A DNA stretch of 64,000 bases from Puniceicoccales bacterium (GCA_031283585.1 JAITBP010000003.1:70845-134844); one strand, 5' to 3'; counted from the stretch's first letter, positions 9,297 through 21,390 are shown. The notes: generated by a model from the letters alone, not told the origin. Numbers and translations: made by a program.

Positions 9297-10679
9297 ATGG
9301 CGAACCTTGCAAATATAAATGATATCTGGAATGTGGTGAAGGAGGACTTCAAAAAGTCATTTCCGGCAGATGTATACAGTACCTGGTTCGATACAATCCC
9401 AGGTGTGAAACAGAGTGGCAATGATAGCGTAATTATCATGGTGCCTAACGATTTCGCCGCCATATGGATCCACGATAACTACCGGGATATTATAATCGAT
9501 AAATTCCAAATGGCCCTGGGGCATTCCACCGAAATATCCTTCGAAGTTGTCTGTGATGATGTTGACTGTGGCTATGCCGATCAAAAGCCGCTAAAAAAAC
9601 GTACAGCCAAGGGCAGTAAGGATTCCAAGGCCAACTGTTCTGATAATTCTGAAGAGTATGCACTTAGTCCGCGCAATACCTTTGAAAATTTCGTAATTGG
9701 TACCGGAAACCAAATGGCCCATGCGGCCAGTATTGCCATAGCAAATGCGCCGGCTAAAGCCTATAATCCATTGTTTTTGTATGGGTTTACAGGTCTTGGT
9801 AAAACCCATTTAATGCACGCTGTTGCCCATCATGTTTTAGCCCATAACAGGAACACAAAAGTCGTGTATACCTCTACGGAAAAATTCACCAATGAGTTTA
9901 TCCATGCCATTCAATCCAATGCCATGACAAGGTTTCGCTCGAAATATAGAAACGTAGACGTACTGTTGCTGGATGATATTCATTTTCTTTCCGGTAAAGA
10001 ACGCATACAGGAGGAATTTTTTTACACTTTTAATGATCTTTTTGAATCACAAAAACAGATATTTTTATGTAGCGATAGGCCGGCTTCAGAAATTGCAGAT
10101 CTTGAAAGTAGACTTGTGTCAAGGTTTCAATGGGGCCTGGTTACCGACATACAGCCGCCGGATCTTGAAACCAGGACTGCTATACTTTCGAGAAAGGCGG
10201 AAGCTATGCACCTTAGCTTGGATAGCGATGTGTTACTATATCTGGCGGAACACATCTCCACAAATATTAGGCGGCTTGAAGGGGCACTAACCCGTCTGGC
10301 CAGCTTCATAAAATTGTCCAAAATAAACGTGGATATCCATGCCATAAAGACGATAATGCGTGATATCTTTGAAGAGGAAAAGAATGTCCAGTTGCCGATC
10401 GATGCAATACAACAAAGAGTGGCTGAATTTTTCAAAATAAAAGCGTCAGATATTCTTGGCAAGCGGAGGCCGGCGAACATAGCATTGCCGCGGCAGGTTG
10501 CCATGTACCTGAGCAGATCCTTGACAACACTCTCACTGGTAGACATAGGTCTCGCGTTCGGTGGTCGAGATCATGGAACGGTTATTCATGCCTGTAAATC
10601 CATCGAAAATATCATGAAAATAGATCCTACTTTGAAGCGCAATGTCGATCATCTCAAAAAGATATTGCAAAATAGGTAA
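9297..10679 (+). CDS. dnaA: Chromosomal replication initiator protein DnaA
   Basis: It has the AAA+ Walker [24 protein letters not shown], and the C-terminal DNA-binding helix region [13 protein letters not shown]...[11 protein letters not shown]. The track ORF starts at TTG 9279, but ATG 9297 ([11 protein letters not shown]) is the more plausible start. Confidence 0.95.
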   Translation: MANLANINDIWNVVKEDFKKSFPADVYSTWFDTIPGVKQSGNDSVIIMVPNDFAAIWIHDNYRDIIIDKFQMALGHSTEISFEVVCDDVDCGYADQKPLKKRTAKGSKDSKANCSDNSEEYALSPRNTFENFVIGTGNQMAHAASIAIANAPAKAYNPLFLYGFTGLGKTHLMHAVAHHVLAHNRNTKVVYTSTEKFTNEFIHAIQSNAMTRFRSKYRNVDVLLLDDIHFLSGKERIQEEFFYTFNDLFESQKQIFLCSDRPASEIADLESRLVSRFQWGLVTDIQPPDLETRTAILSRKAEAMHLSLDSDVLLYLAEHISTNIRRLEGALTRLASFIKLSKINVDIHAIKTIMRDIFEEEKNVQLPIDAIQQRVAEFFKIKASDILGKRRPANIALPRQVAMYLSRSLTTLSLVDIGLAFGGRDHGTVIHACKSIENIMKIDPTLKRNVDHLKKILQNR

Positions 10680-10695
10680 AGCTAGGTGTTCTAGA

Positions 10696-12042
10696 ATGGC
10701 AACAGGAATGAAGCAGCGTACGATCAGACGAGAAGCAAGCATCCGTGGGAAAGCTCTACACACCGGCACCGAAGTAACTCTTACAATAAAACCAGCCAAG
10801 GAAAATGTTGGCATAGTATTCCGGCGCATGGACCTGTATAATAGGCCGGAAATTTGTCCATCGGTTGATGCCATCGGTGACCTGATTCGTTGTACGACAA
10901 TAACATCTGGTCACGTAAAGGTTCACACAGTCGAGCATATACTCAGCGCCATATACGGCATGAATGTGGACAACATCATCATAGAAATGGATGCTTCCGA
11001 GCCACCGATACTGGATGGATCGGCGAAATTTTTTGCTAATTTGATAAATGAAGCTGAACCTATTGAACAGGAGGAGGATCGTGTATACTGTGATATCACG
11101 AAGCCGATTTCTGTAACCCGGGGTAATCGTTCGATGATCGCCTTGCCCTACGATGGGTTCAAAATAACCTGTACTTCCTCCGATGATAGAGGCATACATA
11201 CACAGCATCTGTCCATCGACCTAGATCCCGAGGTTTATTTATCAGAAGTAGCTCCAGCAAGGACATTTACGATATATGAGGACATCGAAGAGCTCCTGAA
11301 GCTCGGCAAAATCCAGGGAGGCAGTTTGGATTCGGCAATAGTCATAAAGGGCGATAAGATATTATCAAAAGAGCCGTTGAGGTTTGCCGACGAGTTCGTT
11401 CGGCACAAGGTCTTGGATGTGGTAGGAGACCTGGCGTTGGTAGGAATGCCGATAAGGGGCCATATAATTGCCGTGAGGCCTGGCCATGCTTTGAACGCCG
11501 AATTAACAAGAGGCATTGTCAACTCGTACAATGAAGCAAAGACGGGTAAAAAAAAGATGCCTCAAACGCCGGCTGGTCCAGTGGTAATCAACGAGGAAGA
11601 GGCCTGCCTGGACATAAAACAGGTACTAAACACGTTGCCACACAGGTATCCATTTGTGTTGATAGACCGGGTTGTAGAATTCATTGGTGATACAGAACTA
11701 CGTGCCATAAAGAATGTTACAATAAATGAGCCCTATTTTGTTGGTCATTTCCCTGGCCAACCGGTGATGCCCGGTGTTCTTCAAATAGAAGCCATGGCCC
11801 AGGCTGCCGGCCTATTGATGATGCGCCGGGGTGGCATTGAAAACAAGTTAGCCTACTTTATGAGTTGCGACAAGGTCAAATTTCGGAAGGCCGTTGTGCC
11901 GGGCGATCAATTGGAAATATGCGTAAAATTACTGAAGCGGCGCGGAGACAGAATCGGTATAGCCGAAGCTCAGAGTAGAGTTAATGGGAAAGTCGTATCG
12001 TCGGCCGAATTGATGTTTTCCATAGTGGATCACGAAGAGTGA
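10696..12042 (+). CDS. lpxC/fabZ: Bifunctional UDP-3-O-acyl-GlcNAc deacetylase / 3-hydroxyacyl-ACP dehydratase (LpxC-FabZ fusion)
   Basis: The N-terminal half is LpxC-like ([36 protein letters not shown]). The C-terminal half is FabZ-like ([39 protein letters not shown]). ATG 10696 avoids the overlap with dnaA that the track start 10642 would create. Confidence 0.9.
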   Translation: MATGMKQRTIRREASIRGKALHTGTEVTLTIKPAKENVGIVFRRMDLYNRPEICPSVDAIGDLIRCTTITSGHVKVHTVEHILSAIYGMNVDNIIIEMDASEPPILDGSAKFFANLINEAEPIEQEEDRVYCDITKPISVTRGNRSMIALPYDGFKITCTSSDDRGIHTQHLSIDLDPEVYLSEVAPARTFTIYEDIEELLKLGKIQGGSLDSAIVIKGDKILSKEPLRFADEFVRHKVLDVVGDLALVGMPIRGHIIAVRPGHALNAELTRGIVNSYNEAKTGKKKMPQTPAGPVVINEEEACLDIKQVLNTLPHRYPFVLIDRVVEFIGDTELRAIKNVTINEPYFVGHFPGQPVMPGVLQIEAMAQAAGLLMMRRGGIENKLAYFMSCDKVKFRKAVVPGDQLEICVKLLKRRGDRIGIAEAQSRVNGKVVSSAELMFSIVDHEE

Positions 12043-12043
12043 C

Positions 12044-12820
12044 ATGGCTAAAAAAATTCACAGTACGGCTATAATAGAGCCTGGAGCCCAGCTGGCCGAT
12101 GATGTGGAGGTTGGTGCCCAGGCCTACATTGGCAGCCAGGTGAAAATTGGCCCAGGTTCGGTCATTATGCATCATGCTACGGTGGAAGGAGATACGTCCA
12201 TTGGCCGTTGCAACGTTATCTATCCCTACGCCTATCTCGGTGGACTTACCCAGGATTTAAAATACACCGGTGGAAAATCCAGGTTATTGATAGGCGATAA
12301 TAATATATTTCGTGAATTTTTTACAATACATACAGCCACAAGTCCGAACCATGCCACAATCGTAGGTGATAATAATGCTTTCCTGGCCTATGCCCATGTG
12401 GCCCATGATTGTGTTGTGGGCAGTGGAGTGATTATGAGTAGCCATTCGGCACTCGGTGGTCATGTCCTGGTAGAAGACTATGCCAATATCGGATGGGGTT
12501 CCGGAGTTCATCAGTTCTGCCGAATCGGTAGCTATGCAATGCTGTCGGCTATGTCCAAGGCAACGATGGATGTGCCACCCTATATGATTGCCGATGGTAA
12601 CCCGGCTAGAACAAAGGCATTTAACAAGATACTACTTGACCGTCATGGATTTAATGAACAAGAGATTCGTGTGATTAGGGAAATTTACGTGATGTTGTAT
12701 GTGCAAAAGGGGATTAGAGCAGATTCATTGGCAAAGCTGAGAGAAGCCAGTTTGACCAGTGGCGATTTATATGATAGGGTGTGTTCGTTTTTCGATGCTA
12801 GCACTCGTGGTGTCTGCTAG
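12044..12820 (+). CDS. lpxA: Acyl-ACP--UDP-N-acetylglucosamine O-acyltransferase
   Basis: It shows hexapeptide-repeat LbH sequence (IHSTAIIEPGAQLADDVEVGAQAYIG...) and an LpxA-type C-terminal helical domain. Only 1 nt (12043) separates the lpxC/fabZ stop from its ATG. Confidence 0.9.
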   Translation: MAKKIHSTAIIEPGAQLADDVEVGAQAYIGSQVKIGPGSVIMHHATVEGDTSIGRCNVIYPYAYLGGLTQDLKYTGGKSRLLIGDNNIFREFFTIHTATSPNHATIVGDNNAFLAYAHVAHDCVVGSGVIMSSHSALGGHVLVEDYANIGWGSGVHQFCRIGSYAMLSAMSKATMDVPPYMIADGNPARTKAFNKILLDRHGFNEQEIRVIREIYVMLYVQKGIRADSLAKLREASLTSGDLYDRVCSFFDASTRGVC

Positions 12821-12900
12821 CAATTTTATCTACATCAAATGTTGTAAAAATGTTGCGGATGTTTGTGTTATTGTTCTACTTAACCCCAGGTGAACGTTGA

Positions 12901-13782
12901 ATGAAGGGCATAAAGGAGATTCGTCAAAGAATTAAAATAGTTGATGGCACTGCGAAAATAACCAAAGCCATGCAGCTGGTCGCGGCCTCAAAGATGAAAA
13001 AGGCCCAGGCCCTGGCCATTGGAAGCCGGAAATATATAGTCGGATTAACCGATATCATTGGCTGTATGTCATTAACATGTATTGAAAAATTAAAAAGCAG
13101 TCGCTTTTTTAATATCAATGATGAGGGATCTCGTTGCGTGATTGTTGTGGCGAGCGACAAAGGGTTATGTGGCGCAATGAATAATAATATATTTCGCGAA
13201 GCTGCTCAGGTTGAAAAAGATGCTCAATTCATCGCCGTTGGGAAAAAAGCCACCAATTATTTGAGCCGTTGTGCTAGGAAATTAGTGGCCAGTTTTTCTA
13301 TCAATGATATATCCGAATTTCACGAAATCCTTGGCATAAGTGAACTTGTTATGCAGTTGTATGAATCCGGTGAGATAAGTAGATGCGATGTGTTGTATTC
13401 GGGGTTTAAGAATACTTTGGCCTATGTGCCCGTCTATCGAAGAATCCTGCCAATGGTCGATTTTTATGATGAGTTTAAAAAGATTACCGATTTCCTAGGC
13501 ATTGATAGTGAAATACTTGTGAAAGATAAAAGGAAGATGATCTTCGAACCATCGCCGGCAGGCATCCTTGATTCCATCGTAAAGACATTTATTAAGCATG
13601 GTATGTATCAAAGTATTTTGGAAGCAAAGGCTTCTGAACATAGTGCCCGGACCGTAGCCATGAAATCTGCCACGGATAACGCCAAGGAATTGTCGAAGAG
13701 CTTGAAATTAGAGTACAATAAATCCAGGCAATTTGCCATAACCAATGAGATTATTGAGCTGGCGGCAGCTAATTGTAGTTAG
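12901..13782 (+). CDS. atpG: F1 ATP synthase gamma subunit
   Basis: The N-terminus IRQRIKIVDGTAKITKAMQLVAASKMKKAQ and the C-terminus ARTVAMKSATDNAKEL...NKSRQFAITNEIIEL are typical of the gamma subunit. Confidence 0.9.
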   Translation: MKGIKEIRQRIKIVDGTAKITKAMQLVAASKMKKAQALAIGSRKYIVGLTDIIGCMSLTCIEKLKSSRFFNINDEGSRCVIVVASDKGLCGAMNNNIFREAAQVEKDAQFIAVGKKATNYLSRCARKLVASFSINDISEFHEILGISELVMQLYESGEISRCDVLYSGFKNTLAYVPVYRRILPMVDFYDEFKKITDFLGIDSEILVKDKRKMIFEPSPAGILDSIVKTFIKHGMYQSILEAKASEHSARTVAMKSATDNAKELSKSLKLEYNKSRQFAITNEIIELAAANCS

Positions 13783-15195
<1,413 letters not shown>

Positions 15196-15203
15196 GAATA
15201 GCT

Positions 15204-15614
15204 ATGCAGATTTTTCTGGAAATAATAACTCCTGGTGATGTTGTTTTTAGTGGCGAAGCGTCTTCGGTGACCATTCCTACTGCTCTTGGCGAGATCCAGA
15301 TTCTGCCGGAACACAGGCCTATAATTGCCCTGGTATGGCCAGGTAGTGTTGTTGTTTCCATCGATGAAAACCGTGAAGACATTGCCGTTTCATCCGGTTT
15401 TTTGAAGTTGGAGAATAATAGGTTATTGCTGTTGGTCGACGAAGCCGTGGATATAAAATCCGTGGATATTGACAGTGTGGCAGATGCTAAAGAAGCTGCC
15501 GAAAAAGCTCTCGAGGCAGCAAGATCAAAGGGCGATTATGATCAGGAGAAAATCGAAAGCCTTGAGGCTAAAATACGTTACCATATGGCTCAACTGGCCG
15601 GCAGAGTCAGATAA
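15204..15614 (+). CDS. atpC: F1 ATP synthase epsilon subunit
   Basis: It is 136 aa, immediately follows atpD, and has an epsilon-type beta-sandwich followed by a helical C-terminus (AEKALEAARSKGD). Confidence 0.85.
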   Translation: MQIFLEIITPGDVVFSGEASSVTIPTALGEIQILPEHRPIIALVWPGSVVVSIDENREDIAVSSGFLKLENNRLLLLVDEAVDIKSVDIDSVADAKEAAEKALEAARSKGDYDQEKIESLEAKIRYHMAQLAGRVR

Positions 15615-15663
15615 TTGCTCGGCCAAGCAATTATATTTTTCTTTTTTCTTTTTTCTTTTTTTC
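15611..15663 (+). terminator. Rho-independent terminator of atpC with an extended T-rich simple repeat
   Basis: A 9-bp stem forms between ATAATTGCT (15611-15619) and AGCAATTAT (15626-15634). It is followed by T5C-T6C-T6C-T7C, a (T)nC heptamer-like repeat at 15636-15663. Confidence 0.55.
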
Positions 15664-15729
15664 TAAAAGCATAACAATGGGCCACAACAAATCCAGGCCA
15701 CAGCCTATAAAAACGGACCTCTAAATAAA

Positions 15730-16797
15730 TTAGAATTCAAAATTGTCGCTGCTTGTCAGGGTTTTTGCAAACTCACATAGCAGCTTAATGGCATTGCTGA
15801 TGTCGTCCAAATGGGCTGTCTCTGCCGGTGTGTGCATATAGCGAAGAGGTATGGATACCAGGCCTGTGGCCACTCCACCTCTTGAAATCTGCATCGATCT
15901 GGCATCGGTGCCGGTTGGAGCTGGTTCGGACTCTATTTGGTAAGGTATTTTAGCCTTTTCAGCACACTTTACCAGTTTTTCGAAAACCAGTGGATTTATG
16001 TTACAGCCTCTCGCAATTATCGGTCCTGCTCCTAGCTCAATCTTGCCAAAGCGCTTTTGATCGCAGCTAGGGAAATCTGTGGCATGACCCACATCAACTG
16101 CCAGGCCAACGTTAGGCCGGATTGAAAATGTTGATGTTATGGCTCCACGAGTACCAACTTCTTCCTGTACAGAAGCTACTGATACAACGCCACATTTTAA
16201 CGAAGATTTTTCTTCCATAAGTTTATTGATGACCTCCATTACGACGTAGGTGCCGGCTTTGTCATCGAATGCCTTGCCAGTAATCACCTTACCCTGAATG
16301 GCGGCCACGTCTGGCATGTCATATACCACGGGATCGCCGATCTGTACTAATTTTTTGGCTTCTTTTTCATTTTTGCAGCCCAGATCGATCCATAGGTCAT
16401 AGGCTTTTGGCACCTTGTTGCGTTCATCCGAGTCCAAAAGGTGTACTGCCCTTTTTCCAGTGACACCGTGGATCGGTCCATTTTTTGTCAGGACAATCAC
16501 TCTTCTTCCGGAAATCATCGAGATATCATGGCCACCAACCGTATCAAAGTATACAAACCCTTTGTCATCAATGTATTTGACAAGGAATCCAAGCTCATCC
16601 ATATGGCCAGATAGCATCAGCAGTGGTGTTTTGCCCTCATTTATATAGGCATAGCGATTGCCCATCACATCTTTTTTGTACACCTCGGCTTTGTTATCCA
16701 TGTATCTGTCCACAACCTTCTGGGCTTCGAATTCATAGCCCGATGGAGATCTTGCAGCCATTAAATCTATGAGAAATTTTGGAATATTCATAATCAA
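15730..16797 (-). CDS. M42 family metallo-aminopeptidase (FrvX/YsdC/TET-like)
   Basis: SPSGYEFE, LMLSGHMDELGFLV, AFDDKAG and SVQEEVGTRGA follow the M42 motif pattern. Confidence 0.85.
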   Translation of the reverse strand: MIMNIPKFLIDLMAARSPSGYEFEAQKVVDRYMDNKAEVYKKDVMGNRYAYINEGKTPLLMLSGHMDELGFLVKYIDDKGFVYFDTVGGHDISMISGRRVIVLTKNGPIHGVTGKRAVHLLDSDERNKVPKAYDLWIDLGCKNEKEAKKLVQIGDPVVYDMPDVAAIQGKVITGKAFDDKAGTYVVMEVINKLMEEKSSLKCGVVSVASVQEEVGTRGAITSTFSIRPNVGLAVDVGHATDFPSCDQKRFGKIELGAGPIIARGCNINPLVFEKLVKCAEKAKIPYQIESEPAPTGTDARSMQISRGGVATGLVSIPLRYMHTPAETAHLDDISNAIKLLCEFAKTLTSSDNFEF

Positions 16798-16912
16798 CTA
16801 CACACCGTGATAACTAATAACATAGCCGATAGGTGGTTAGTATGAATATCAAGGCCTATAAGATATTGTCAATAGCTATATTAATTGTTAGAATTCTGTC
16901 GGTGAAAATTTT

Positions 16913-17854
16913 ATGAAACTGGCTATTTGTATACCGGTCCATGGATTCAGTGATGTGTTCCATAATACATTGGACATCATAGCTAATTGTGATGATGACC
17001 GGGTTAAAACCGCAACCATCGTCGTTAGCAATAGTGGTGCGGCTTTTGGTGAAGATTCCATAAGGTTTGACCGGAAAAAAATACTGGGCGTTCCTGGAAA
17101 TTTCTACTGGTCGAAGGCCGTTGAGGTTTTGTATAAGTACTGCATCGCCGAGAACTTCGACAAGGTTTTGCTGATGAATCACGACTGCCATCCGGCCACA
17201 AACACATTGAAACAGCTTCTTGATTTACACGAGACCTATCCGGAGCATGTTCTCCATCCTGTTGTGGTAGATGCGGTTGATGAAAAAATTATCTGGGCAG
17301 GCATAGATATCAAGTTCTGCCGCCGTCCCCGGTGGAGGTATTTGGGCGATTCATTAAAAGATCTGCCAAGTCAATGCTATGAGACCGATTGTGCACCAGG
17401 ACAGATGTTGTTGTTACCCCTGGGCGCTGTCAGGCCAGAATGTTTAAAAGCAAAATATTTCCCGCATTATTTTTCTGATTTTGTGCAGATCCGGGAACTC
17501 CAGCGCCGGGGTATAAAAACACTGGTGGTTCCCGATGCTATTGCCTATGCGAATGAAGCCGATTATGAAAGAAAAAAATTATTTATGGATACCGGAACCT
17601 GGGCCGGTGTGTTCAGGGCATTCTTCGATGTTCGATCCCAGAGAAATTTGCGTAGCAGAATCCTGGCTCCATTTTTTCTCCAAAGTAATCTGTTTGGCGC
17701 GTTGATTCAACTGGGTTATCAATTCCCAGGGAGCATAGCAAAAACCATCCTCGAAAGGCTAGCTAAGTACATCGTGCACAGAGACCAACAACCTAGTCAT
17801 CAAGCTGATCGGAAATTTCATCAGGAAAATCGTGATTGGAAAAAACCATCTTGA
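16913..17854 (+). CDS. Putative family-2-like glycosyltransferase
   Basis: The N-terminus MKLAICIPVHG and a LLMNHDC segment are GT-A-like. The similarity is weak, and the last 62 nt overlap the convergent yebC. Confidence 0.45.
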   Translation: MKLAICIPVHGFSDVFHNTLDIIANCDDDRVKTATIVVSNSGAAFGEDSIRFDRKKILGVPGNFYWSKAVEVLYKYCIAENFDKVLLMNHDCHPATNTLKQLLDLHETYPEHVLHPVVVDAVDEKIIWAGIDIKFCRRPRWRYLGDSLKDLPSQCYETDCAPGQMLLLPLGAVRPECLKAKYFPHYFSDFVQIRELQRRGIKTLVVPDAIAYANEADYERKKLFMDTGTWAGVFRAFFDVRSQRNLRSRILAPFFLQSNLFGALIQLGYQFPGSIAKTILERLAKYIVHRDQQPSHQADRKFHQENRDWKKPS

Positions 17855-18545
17855 CATCGTCCAATTCATCGAGTTTGTCTAAAAGTTTTACGATTTTTTT
17901 TGCTGTTTCGATGTCGGTGATCTGAACGTAGTTATTGGGAATATAGGCCAATTCAGAGGCTTCTACCGCTACATTTGCTTCAACTAAGGCCTGGGAAAGC
18001 TTATCATATTCGCTGACCTGGCACAGAACCTCAAAAATATCCTCTTCTTTCTTAACGTCCTCGGCCCCAGCGTTTACTACGATGTCCATCAGTTTGTCTT
18101 CGGTTATGTCGTTGGCCGGAACTATGAATTGGCCCATTCTTTGAAAATTGAATGCTAGAGCTCCCGGGGAAGCTAAATTGCCGCCACATTTTGTAAAAAC
18201 ACTTCTTACTTCGGATACGGTACGATTCTTGTTATCGGTGGTAACTTCAACAATCACGCCAATGCCGCCATAGGCATATCCTTCATACATAAGTTCTTCT
18301 ATGATGACACCCGGGATTTCCCCGGTACCTTTTTGGATGGCTTTTTTAACGTTGTCGGCGGGCATGTTTGCCGCCTTTGCTTTCTGGATAACGGTTCGCA
18401 GCCGAGGATTAAATTCGGAATCACCGCCACCGGCTCGAGCCGCAATGGTCAATTCTTTGCTCAAAATACTGAACAGTTTACCTCTTTTAGCATCAACGGC
18501 AGCCTTATGCCTTTTCGTTGTAGCCCATTTACTATGTCCTGACAT
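17793..18545 (-). CDS. yebC: YebC/PmpR family DNA-binding transcriptional regulator
   Basis: The N-terminus MSGHSKWATTKRHKAAVDAKRGKLFSILSKEL is diagnostic. The C-terminus LDELDDVKMVFSN is also family-typical. Confidence 0.9.
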   Translation of the reverse strand: MSGHSKWATTKRHKAAVDAKRGKLFSILSKELTIAARAGGGDSEFNPRLRTVIQKAKAANMPADNVKKAIQKGTGEIPGVIIEELMYEGYAYGGIGVIVEVTTDNKNRTVSEVRSVFTKCGGNLASPGALAFNFQRMGQFIVPANDITEDKLMDIVVNAGAEDVKKEEDIFEVLCQVSEYDKLSQALVEANVAVEASELAYIPNNYVQITDIETAKKIVKLLDKLDELDDVKMVFSNHDFPDEISDQLDD

Positions 18546-18554
18546 TAATTCCTC

Positions 18555-20303
18555 CTAAATTTTTCGCTTTTTTTTCTTACCATGATCAGGCTCGGCCGGA
18601 TCGACCTCTAGGTTTTTGTTATTCAACACAAATTGCTGTAATATTGTGAATAAATTTTGAATTGTCCAATATAGAACCAACCCGGATGGCAAATTATAAC
18701 AAAAAAATGTGAAAATTACTGGCATAAACTGAAACATTTTTTTCTGAACATTGTCTATGCTTGGGCTTGGCATTATCTTCATCTGCAGGTAGGTAGTAAG
18801 TCCCATTATAAACGGCAACGGATTTATCGGAAAGGCCCCGATCCTTCCCAATGTGTCTGGCATGGACAGATCTTTTATCCATAAAAACTCAGCAAATCTC
18901 AAATCTGACGCAGTCCTCAGCATGGAGTATAAGCCCAAAAATATCGGTATTTGGATAAAAATCGGAAGACAGCCGGCGGCCGGATTTATCTTATTAGCTT
19001 TAAACAACTTCATTGTTTCTGCCTGTAGTTTTTGCGGATTATCTCGAAACTTTTCCTTTATTTCGCGCATAGGTTCCTGGATTTTTGCCATCCGACGAGA
19101 TGATCGAACCTGGGCCGTGGTTAAAGGCCACAAGACCAATTTAACTATCAGCGTCAGGATGATGATCGTCAGGCCCCAGTTTCTTATAATCGAATGAATT
19201 CCTCGCATCATCAGCAGAAGAATTTTCCCTATAAAGCCGAAAAATCCGAATTGCATGACCAAATCCTGGTTATGACCAAGCCTATCCAGTTTAACGAAGT
19301 CCTTGGGCCCGGTATAGAATTCTGCCTCAAGTATTTTGGTTTCACCGGCATTTAGAATGCCAAGGTTGAATTCCAAAGATCCGGCCACGGTGTCCTTGGC
19401 ACTTTTTGACATGTAATCGTAGGATTTGGCAGGAAAGGCCAAAAATCCACAGGCCGGTGTGTTTGGTCTCAAAACCGCCGCAAAAAATTGGTTTTTTACA
19501 GAGCCCCAGCTGATCGTAGACTTGCTAGATATTACTTCGCGAGCATCTCTTCGGCCCAGGCCCAGAAAGCCACTGCTGGCACTGAAGTCGGTCAGATTCA
19601 GGAAGTGGACATTTCGCCCATCGTAGTAACCAAAATTTAGAAATTCTCCGGTGGAATCGCTGGCCGTTGGCGGAAAACTACCAAGTTCAAGGAATACACC
19701 CCTGAGATCAAATGCCTGGGTTCCATTGTTGGTAAATTTTGTCGAATGTTTTATTAGATATTTTTCTGTAGACTCTTCGTCACGAGGCACCGAATAGGAC
19801 CTTTCGATAACAAGGCCATTGGTTGTTTTATAGCTGAACGATATGGAGTTGTCGTTATGTTGCTTGACCACCGTTTCGTTGGTAAAAAATTTCCTGTTTT
19901 CTCCAGAAATCGACAGGGACAATGCTGGTATATCGGATTCCTTATTAAAAATAAACGGCTCGGTTTCGCCTTTTTTCACCGGATATTTTAAAAATGAAAC
20001 GCTTTCGATTGTGCCACCAAGATTGCTTAGATTCAATAAGATGCTATCGTTTTTTATGGTGAAATATTTTGGCTCATTATCTTTTTGTGAAATGGTCTGT
20101 TGATCAACCACCGGTACCAGGTCTTCGTTGTTGGTTGTACGATTAATCGCCAAACCATGGCCAACAGGACCGCTAGGCCTAGGCAGAGCAGCTGTGGTTC
20201 TAATTTGACTGCCGTGGTAGAGCATGAGGCCAAGTGCCGCAATAATGCAAAACATTCCTGCCCAGAAACTACTTTTATCCATAGATATTTGCCTACAAAC
20301 CAA
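18555..20303 (-). CDS. yidC: Membrane protein insertase YidC
   Basis: It is 582 aa with an N-terminal TM, a large periplasmic domain and a C-terminal 5-TM core (NPAAGCLPIFIQIPIFLGLY, GLVLYWTIQNLFTILQQ). The tail is basic (GKKKKRKI). Confidence 0.9.
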   Translation of the reverse strand: MVCRQISMDKSSFWAGMFCIIAALGLMLYHGSQIRTTAALPRPSGPVGHGLAINRTTNNEDLVPVVDQQTISQKDNEPKYFTIKNDSILLNLSNLGGTIESVSFLKYPVKKGETEPFIFNKESDIPALSLSISGENRKFFTNETVVKQHNDNSISFSYKTTNGLVIERSYSVPRDEESTEKYLIKHSTKFTNNGTQAFDLRGVFLELGSFPPTASDSTGEFLNFGYYDGRNVHFLNLTDFSASSGFLGLGRRDAREVISSKSTISWGSVKNQFFAAVLRPNTPACGFLAFPAKSYDYMSKSAKDTVAGSLEFNLGILNAGETKILEAEFYTGPKDFVKLDRLGHNQDLVMQFGFFGFIGKILLLMMRGIHSIIRNWGLTIIILTLIVKLVLWPLTTAQVRSSRRMAKIQEPMREIKEKFRDNPQKLQAETMKLFKANKINPAAGCLPIFIQIPIFLGLYSMLRTASDLRFAEFLWIKDLSMPDTLGRIGAFPINPLPFIMGLTTYLQMKIMPSPSIDNVQKKMFQFMPVIFTFFCYNLPSGLVLYWTIQNLFTILQQFVLNNKNLEVDPAEPDHGKKKKRKI

Positions 20304-20437
20304 AGTAGGTTGTTAAGCCATTGCAAGGATTTTCAGGAAAATCCAATAATTGTCTCTGATATTTTATAACAATATTTCATAATCTTAAAAATTTTCTTGC
20401 CTGTCATCTTGATTAATGTTTAACATTAGCATCGCGT

Positions 20438-20905
20438 ATGTGTGAGTTTGGACTGAGTGTTGGTGAGAATGGGAGCGGTACTAGGACTGCGAATAGATTA
20501 CTGGCGGTGCAATTTCTTTATATGGCCGAGGTCAGAAATCTGGATGATGTGGGCTCTGAATTTGTTACCTTCTTTGATGCGGTGAATGTGGATGGCATGG
20601 ATTGTACATTCGCGTCGGAATTGGTTACATTGGTTTTATCTAACCGTGAGGAAATAGACTCAGCCATACGGAAATGCGCTACAAATTGGCAGATAAACAG
20701 GATCGCAAAGGTGGAACTATGTGTACTGCGCATGGCTATCGCGGAAATGTTATTTAGACAGGATATACCCCCGGTGGTTACGATAAACGAGGCCATTGAG
20801 ATTATTAAGATGTTGGCAGACAATGATTCAAAGCGATTTGTCAATGGTGTCCTCGATAGGGTAAAAGACTCTTTGAATAGGCCGTGTAGAACGGCAAATA
20901 TATGA
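20438..20905 (+). CDS. nusB: Transcription antitermination factor NusB
   Basis: RLLAVQFLYM, a helical bundle and the C-terminus KRFVNGVLDRV are typical of NusB. Confidence 0.8.
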   Translation: MCEFGLSVGENGSGTRTANRLLAVQFLYMAEVRNLDDVGSEFVTFFDAVNVDGMDCTFASELVTLVLSNREEIDSAIRKCATNWQINRIAKVELCVLRMAIAEMLFRQDIPPVVTINEAIEIIKMLADNDSKRFVNGVLDRVKDSLNRPCRTANI

Positions 20906-21390
20906 AGATGGTGAACTATAAATTATCTTCGTTTGAAGATGCGGTTAGAAGACGTAATGAGGCAAAAACGTCCGGTGCTGTCGTTGTACTGACAAACGGG
21001 TGCTTTGATTTTCTTCACGTGGGACATGTTTTATCGCTGGAATCAGCTAAAAAACTAGGTGATCATCTATGGGTTGCCATGAACAGTGACGATAGTGTCA
21101 AAATGATCAAAGGTGATAACCGACCAATTATGAATGAGGAGGAAAGAGCTTATATGTTGGCTGCCTTGGAGTGCGTCGATGGTGTTTTTTTGTTCGATGG
21201 TCTAAACTTAGCAACCGAACTAAGCCTCTTTCGCCCAGACGTATATGTGAAATCTTCCGACTATAACATGGATACGCTGAATGAGGAAGAAAGAGTTGTT
21301 CTCACAGAAATTGGTAGCCGGATCGAGTTTACCCAATACCTTGATGGTATGAGTACTACGAAACTCATAGAAAGAGTAAAAAATATCTAA
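20902..21390 (+). CDS. D-glycero-beta-D-manno-heptose-1-phosphate adenylyltransferase (RfaE/HldE domain II, stand-alone)
   Basis: It has the cytidylyltransferase-fold motif VVLTNGCFDFLHVGHVLSLESAK and NSDDSV. Its start overlaps the nusB stop by 4 nt. Confidence 0.8.
   Translation: MKMVNYKLSSFEDAVRRRNEAKTSGAVVVLTNGCFDFLHVGHVLSLESAKKLGDHLWVAMNSDDSVKMIKGDNRPIMNEEERAYMLAALECVDGVFLFDGLNLATELSLFRPDVYVKSSDYNMDTLNEEERVVLTEIGSRIEFTQYLDGMSTTKLIERVKNI

Noticed and set aside
9119-9322. 67-aa ORF in the dnaA upstream region
   Set aside because: It has no motif and overlaps the dnaA start and the putative DnaA-box region. The region is better explained as non-coding origin or promoter DNA.
12838-12880. 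ATGTTG-type short repeats between lpxA and atpG (ATGTTGtaaaaATGTTGcggATGTTTGTGTT)
   Set aside because: The repeats are very short and degenerate in AT-rich DNA, and there is no palindromic or spaced structure. That is insufficient to call a regulatory element.
15636-15663. (T)nC heptamer-like simple repeat as a possible contingency/phase-variation tract
   Set aside because: It lies in a convergent intergenic region immediately after a hairpin. The most economical reading is the U-tract of the atpC terminator, since no promoter or ORF depends on its length.
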